Assembly (NCBI GenBank): GCA_016933055.1
Contig: JAFGBS010000002.1
Coordinates: forward strand, 120,001 to 152,000
Length of the DNA: 32,000 nt
Direction: 5' to 3'
From: Promethearchaeota archaeon
GTDB lineage: Archaea > Asgardarchaeota > Lokiarchaeia > Sigyniarchaeales > Promethearchaeaceae
In this document: positions 27,474 through 32,000 of the stretch, one piece after another
Layout of the letters: every line of letters starts with the position of its first letter
How positions within the stretch are numbered: position 1 is the first letter of the stretch
Notes under the pieces: model-generated
What the model saw: only the letters and a program-made list of their open reading frames with translations
Database searches by the model: none
Told to the model about the DNA's origin: nothing
Made by a program: the position numbers and the translations under genes

Positions 27474-28303
27474 ATAAGTTCTTCAATATGTTTCTCAATA
27501 AAGTGAAAAACCCCTCCTTCCGTATTTGCAGGAACGATATAGTCAGCATATTTCTTAATTTCATCCGGGGCATTCTCTACCACAACTATAGTTCCATCTT
27601 TGACCAATTGAAACATCCCAACATCATTATAATTATCCCCAAACACTACAGTATTCTCAAGACTGTATCCTTTCTTTCGGACCAATGATTCTACCATAAT
27701 CTCTTTACGCGCTTGTTTGGGGTTGTATTCTAACCAATAAGTTCCCCGTAAGAAAGCGTCCTCAAAGAATAGTATATGTGTGTGGGATTGGATTTCGGAA
27801 TTCTTCAAAGATTGGGAATACATCTCACTCAAACATTCTATAGTATTCATGAATTGGATACTAATTACTGGTTCGTTTAGAAATTTTTCATATTCCGTAA
27901 GGTCTAATCTTCGTATCTCATGCGGATCCCACCAGTCCCCTTTAATAAATCTCGGATAATTGCATGTTTCATCATACGATGCAAATACCATCGTCTTCAA
28001 TCCAAATGATTCAGCAAGTGTGTGAATGTGGTTCACAGTTTCGGATGGAATGGTGAGATATTCAATAACTGATCCAGAGGGAAAATCAGCCATAATAGCC
28101 CCGTTCGTTAATACAATTGGATTCTGTATATGAGTATTGTAAAGGGCGATTTTTGTGTTTTCAAAATCTCTTCCCGTAGCAATAGTAAAATCAATTCCCT
28201 TCTTTAATAGCCGGTTCAATTTGTCGGAGAGGTTCTGGGACAACTGAAGAACGGAATCTAGTAAGGTGCCATCAAGATCTGAAATAAGTAGTTTTTTAGG
28301 CAA
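27470..28303 (-). CDS. Cof-type HAD-IIB hydrolase/phosphatase
   Basis: LISDLDGTLLD, IATGR, NGA, FGDNYNDVGMF; TTG start; 4-nt convergent overlap with the GIFT gene. Confidence 0.9.
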   Translation of the reverse strand: MPKKLLISDLDGTLLDSVLQLSQNLSDKLNRLLKKGIDFTIATGRDFENTKIALYNTHIQNPIVLTNGAIMADFPSGSVIEYLTIPSETVNHIHTLAESFGLKTMVFASYDETCNYPRFIKGDWWDPHEIRRLDLTEYEKFLNEPVISIQFMNTIECLSEMYSQSLKNSEIQSHTHILFFEDAFLRGTYWLEYNPKQARKEIMVESLVRKKGYSLENTVVFGDNYNDVGMFQLVKDGTIVVVENAPDEIKKYADYIVPANTEGGVFHFIEKHIEELI

Positions 28304-28461
28304 TCTCTCACCTACTGTGGATTTCTTAACCTAATGACCACATCTATAAAAAGAAAATGATAAAGCAGATTAAAAATTAAAGTTAAATAATCCGATTTAT
28401 ATGATTGATATGACATAGACAACAGTAATCGGAAAAAAACAGTTGTAGACTGTAGTAAAGA

Positions 28462-29898
28462 ATGGTAGAAATGAGCGAAGAGTACAATTACTTATTCAAA
28501 AACATCGTTGTTGGTGATGGAGGATGTGGAAAAACTGCAATTGTCGTTAGATTTTCACAAGGATATTTCCTCGAACAATATAAATTAACTATTGGAGTCG
28601 AATTTGCAGTTAAAACTATCATCATAAAAGACGGAATTAAAGTAAAACTTCAAATCTGGGATACCGGTGGGCAAGAACGTTTCCAGTATGTTCGACCTTT
28701 ATACTATCGTGGAGCCATGGGAGCAATATTACTATTTGATCTCACCAACCGTGAAACCTTTGATCATATCCCAAAATGGATTGAAGAAGTGAAGAATAAT
28801 GCAGGAGAAATTCCGATGCTTCTTGTTGGAAACAAATCAGATTTAATAAACGAACGCTCTGTATCCCGAGAAGAAGCCGAATCTTTTGCACGAGAATTTC
28901 AATTATACTACATTGAAAGCTCTGCTAAGGATGGTACCGGTGTAGGGGATGTATTTGCTATTCTATCTTGTTTAATGGTTGGTACCCCCGTTCCTGATGA
29001 ATATTTACAAGGTACCATTTTAACTGATAAAACGGGAAAAATCATGGGAAAACCAGCTCCAACTCCAGCTCCAACTCCAGCTCCAACTCCAGCTCCAACT
29101 CCAGCATTCAAAATGACTGAACCAGAACCAATGGAATTCGTAAAAATTCCGACTCCTCATCCAAAGCAAGACTTAGATATACCTACCGTACCGCAAAAGA
29201 CAGAGGAATGGAATGTTCCTCCCAAGCCAATAAGTCAACCTAAACCCACAGCTCAAGAAATCTCTACCTCAATGGATGAGATTGAAGCATCTATACCACC
29301 TGTTCCAAAGAAAACAACATCTATGGACTCTGGACCGATTGTTTTTGATACATCCCTCACCTCCAAACCCAGCGAAAAGGTTTCTGCTCCTCCTCCGATG
29401 GTCTTCCAACCAAAACCAGAGGAATCAGAGACCATACCTGAGAAAACCCCATGGAAACCAAGTCCGAGAATATTTCCGAATGCGAAACCCGCCTCTGCGC
29501 CTAGTAGTTTTAAAGCAAAACCCACAACTACTATAGAGAAAAGTCCCTTTACGGGAGAAACTGGTTTAGAACAAGTATCAAGTACAAAAGCTATTGATAA
29601 CCTACTAGGAGCGCTTTCTTCAAAACCATCATCCCCAACTACTACTACACCGTTATTTGGTGGTTCAACATCATTCAAGAAAACCTCGAAACCATCGATG
29701 TTTATCCCCGAAGTTAAAGTAGAACCAAAAGAAGAGGAGAACGTCAAAGAAGAGGAACAAGCAATGAAGAAAAAGGAACGAAAACTAAGGGGAAAGAAGA
29801 AACAAAAAAGTAGTATAGTGATTTGTAGCACTTGCGGGGCTATTTTAAGTGCAAGCTATAAATTCTGTAACAAATGCGGGTCACCTGTAAACAAATAA
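28462..29898 (+). CDS. Rab-like GTPase with long Pro/Thr/Ser-rich tail, polybasic patch and C-terminal zinc ribbon
   Basis: GDGGCGKT, TIGVEF, KLQIWDTGGQERF, YYRGA, LLFDLT, GNKSD, ESSAK; tail ends CSTC...KFCNKCG. Confidence 0.92.
   Translation: MVEMSEEYNYLFKNIVVGDGGCGKTAIVVRFSQGYFLEQYKLTIGVEFAVKTIIIKDGIKVKLQIWDTGGQERFQYVRPLYYRGAMGAILLFDLTNRETFDHIPKWIEEVKNNAGEIPMLLVGNKSDLINERSVSREEAESFAREFQLYYIESSAKDGTGVGDVFAILSCLMVGTPVPDEYLQGTILTDKTGKIMGKPAPTPAPTPAPTPAPTPAFKMTEPEPMEFVKIPTPHPKQDLDIPTVPQKTEEWNVPPKPISQPKPTAQEISTSMDEIEASIPPVPKKTTSMDSGPIVFDTSLTSKPSEKVSAPPPMVFQPKPEESETIPEKTPWKPSPRIFPNAKPASAPSSFKAKPTTTIEKSPFTGETGLEQVSSTKAIDNLLGALSSKPSSPTTTTPLFGGSTSFKKTSKPSMFIPEVKVEPKEEENVKEEEQAMKKKERKLRGKKKQKSSIVICSTCGAILSASYKFCNKCGSPVNK
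29053..29105 (+). repeat. Perfect 12-bp tandem repeat (CCAGCTCCAACT) x4.4, encoding (PAPT)n
   Basis: Units at 29053, 29065, 29077 and 29089 plus a partial CCAGC. Confidence 0.95.
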
Positions 29899-30112
29899 TA
29901 AAATATTTTGTATTCAATTTTTTCAATTCTTGTTTTTTTTTTGAGGTAATAACAATATTATTGCTACTACAACTAATATAATAGGTAAATTTAGAAAAAG
30001 GGATGAATCACGATCCCCTAATTACGTATATCTATAATAAAATTTTAAAATGCGATCTAAACAAAAACAGTAAAAACATGACACCCCATGATAGGGAGGG
30101 GATGAATTTTAG

Positions 30113-30198
30113 AGCAGGGAGAGGGAATTGAACCCCCGAGGGACGGGCTGGCCACCATCAGTCTGCAGGCCCGCGCACTACCACTATGCGACCCCTGC
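30113..30198 (-). tRNA. tRNA-Cys(GCA) with a 13-nt intron at position 37/38; CCA not encoded
   Basis: Acceptor GCAGGGG/TCCCTGC, discriminator T, anticodon stem CGGGC/GCCCG, anticodon GCA at 30166-30164, T-arm GGGGG-TTCAATT-CCCTC; 73 nt after splicing. Confidence 0.95.
30150..30162 (-). other. tRNA intron ACTGATGGTGGCC forming a relaxed bulge-helix-bulge
   Basis: C32-U33-G34-C35 pair with intron GTGG; bulges A36-G37-A and C-C-A38; removal restores a 7-nt anticodon loop. Confidence 0.85.
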
Positions 30199-30370
30199 GT
30201 AATTGGTTTTAGTAGTTGAGAAGTATGAATGCTACGTAATAATTTTTACGAATTCATTGAATTTTAAAAGAGTTACTTCATCGGGACAAACTGTAAACTC
30301 AGAAAAAGATCATCTATAAATCTTCACTTGACCAATAAAGTGGTAGCGTGTATTTTTAGAAGATGATAAA

Positions 30371-31957
30371 ATGAGTCAAGAAAAAAAATATATTCTAGCC
30401 TTAGATCATGGAACCTCCGGAATGAAAACAGCTGTTATCTCTACAAAAGGGGATATTGTCGGATTTGACGTGGAGGAATATGGTCTGTATCATTATGAAC
30501 AGGGATGTGCGGAGCAGAAACCGCAGGATTGGTGGAATGCAGTAGAAACTACAGTTCATCATTTAATTGATAAAAATTTGGTACCAGTTGAGGATATAAT
30601 AGCTGTAGTTTCCAGCAATCAAATGAGTGGAACTGTCCCCATTGCAAAAGATGGAGAAACATTATATAACTGCTTAACCTGGATGGATACCAGAGGAGCT
30701 CCTATGGTTGAAAAAATGATTCGGGGGCTGATCAAGGTCTCTGGATATGGACTACGGCATTTAGCGGCATGGTTACCAAAAACTGCTGGAATCCCCGCGT
30801 TAAGCGGAAAAGATTGTCTTGCTCATATGTTATGGTTTAAACAGAAAAAACCCGAACTTTATGCTAAAACATGGAAATTCTTGGATACAAAGGATTATAT
30901 CAATTTTAAACTGACGGGAAAGACCGTTTCCTCTTATGATATGGCACTACTCACGTGGATGTTAAATACTAAGGATCCCAATAATATTTTCTTAGATCCC
31001 TCGTTAATTCGTAAAACTAAAATCGATCGCGATAAGCTTCCCGAGGTCCAAGCTGCTACATATAACTTAGGTTCTATCCTCCCAGAAATAGCAGATTCGT
31101 TAGGTTTATCACGCAATACTCAAGTCATTTTGGGGGCGGGAGATATTGCATCCGCAGGTATAGGTTCAGGGGCTGTGTTGGATTATCAAGGACATATCTG
31201 TGTCGGTTCTTCTTCATGGGTGTATACTCACATCTCACAACGCACTTTAGATATTGATCATATGATCACCTCGTTACCGTGTGCTATTCCTTCAAGATAT
31301 ATGTTCTTTGGAGAACAAGAAGCCGCTGGTATTATTCTCACTTGGATGAGGGATAACGTACTATACCATAAAGATGAATTACTCGTGGAAGAACAAGTCC
31401 CTGATGTATATAAGATATTTGATAGGTTGGTTGCTGAAATCAATCCTTTAGACAATTCTATGATTTTCACCCCATGGCTGTTTGGAGAACGCGCTCCCGT
31501 GGAAGATCACACTATTCGGGGTTCACTAAATAACATTAGTTTGGAAGTAGACCGAAGACATATTTTACGTGCGATATTTGAGGGTGTTGCCTATAATGCG
31601 AAATGGTTGTTGGATGCAATGGAGGTGAAATTAAAACAGCGATTGGATCCTTTAGTGTTTATTGGAGGAGGTGCTACTTCCGCCGTATGGTCTCAAATTT
31701 TTGCGGATGTGTTAAATCATCGTGTGAAACGGGTTAAATATCCCAAAGAGTCGAATAGTCTCGGAGCAGCATTTATTGCGTCGGTTGCATTGGGTCAAAT
31801 GACATGGGAAGAAATACCACATATTGTACAATATGCAGAGACATATACTCCTCAAAAAGAATATTTAGACCATTATTCTACTCTATTTGAAGAATATAAA
31901 GGATTATACAAACGCAACGTTAAGATGTACAAAAGATTGAATAAATTCCATGAATAA
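30371..31957 (+). CDS. FGGY family carbohydrate kinase (xylulokinase-like)
   Basis: LALDHGTSGMKT, EQKPQDWW, WMDTRG, GAGD, PWLFGERAP, RAIFEGVA, GGGATSAVWSQIFADV. Confidence 0.9.
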   Translation: MSQEKKYILALDHGTSGMKTAVISTKGDIVGFDVEEYGLYHYEQGCAEQKPQDWWNAVETTVHHLIDKNLVPVEDIIAVVSSNQMSGTVPIAKDGETLYNCLTWMDTRGAPMVEKMIRGLIKVSGYGLRHLAAWLPKTAGIPALSGKDCLAHMLWFKQKKPELYAKTWKFLDTKDYINFKLTGKTVSSYDMALLTWMLNTKDPNNIFLDPSLIRKTKIDRDKLPEVQAATYNLGSILPEIADSLGLSRNTQVILGAGDIASAGIGSGAVLDYQGHICVGSSSWVYTHISQRTLDIDHMITSLPCAIPSRYMFFGEQEAAGIILTWMRDNVLYHKDELLVEEQVPDVYKIFDRLVAEINPLDNSMIFTPWLFGERAPVEDHTIRGSLNNISLEVDRRHILRAIFEGVAYNAKWLLDAMEVKLKQRLDPLVFIGGGATSAVWSQIFADVLNHRVKRVKYPKESNSLGAAFIASVALGQMTWEEIPHIVQYAETYTPQKEYLDHYSTLFEEYKGLYKRNVKMYKRLNKFHE

Positions 31958-31971
31958 TTTTCTTCTTTTTT
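31958..31971 (+). terminator. Oligo-T tract, likely terminator
   Basis: TTTTCTTCTTTTTT directly after the stop. Confidence 0.4.
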
Positions 31972-32000
31972 ATTTGAACCGATTTTTATCTCGTACTTGA

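Noticed and set aside
29253-29831. 192-aa minus-strand ORF (also 28908-29111 with GAGV repeats)
   Set aside because: Antisense shadows of the low-complexity Rab tail and the PAPT repeat
29899-30112. tRNA-Cys 3' end as an integration site for an island
   Set aside because: No second copy of the tRNA 3' end, no integrase or transposase, and no obvious compositional break in the window
1-32000. CRISPR array, IS element, rRNA, RNase P or SRP RNA, inteins in Rpo2
   Set aside because: No regularly spaced repeats, transposase motifs or conserved RNA signatures were seen; Rpo2 has normal length without intein ends

Overview
AT-rich archaeal chromosomal window, most consistent with an Asgard archaeon (Lokiarchaeia-like). 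Evidence: unsplit Rpo2, Rpo5, TFE, Cbf5, an intron-containing tRNA-Cys, two Rab-like small GTPases and many zinc-ribbon proteins. The left part is an information-processing cluster (cbf5, RsmC-like MTase, rpo5-rpo2, TrmJ-like MTase, tfe) in which rpo2 is not followed by rpo1. The middle and right parts hold membrane and accessory genes: a small OST5/TMEM258-like protein, a CBS-TM protein followed by a Gly/Arg/aromatic low-complexity membrane protein, two MFS transporters, a membrane-anchored heparinase II/III-like lyase, a GH2 enzyme with beta-glucuronidase signatures, an IFT52/GldG-like (GIFT) protein with an RHH-like tail, a HAD hydrolase, a Rab-like GTPase with a long disordered tail, and an FGGY kinase. 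No mobile element, integrase or CRISPR array was seen. Best leads: (1) a candidate uronic-acid glycan utilisation locus; (2) eukaryote-like membrane and trafficking modules (Rab-IDR-polybasic-Zn ribbon, GIFT-RHH, OST5-like); (3) a probable ATA-initiated gene; (4) an unexplained 680-bp intergenic region. All family assignments come from motif recognition by eye, not from database searches.
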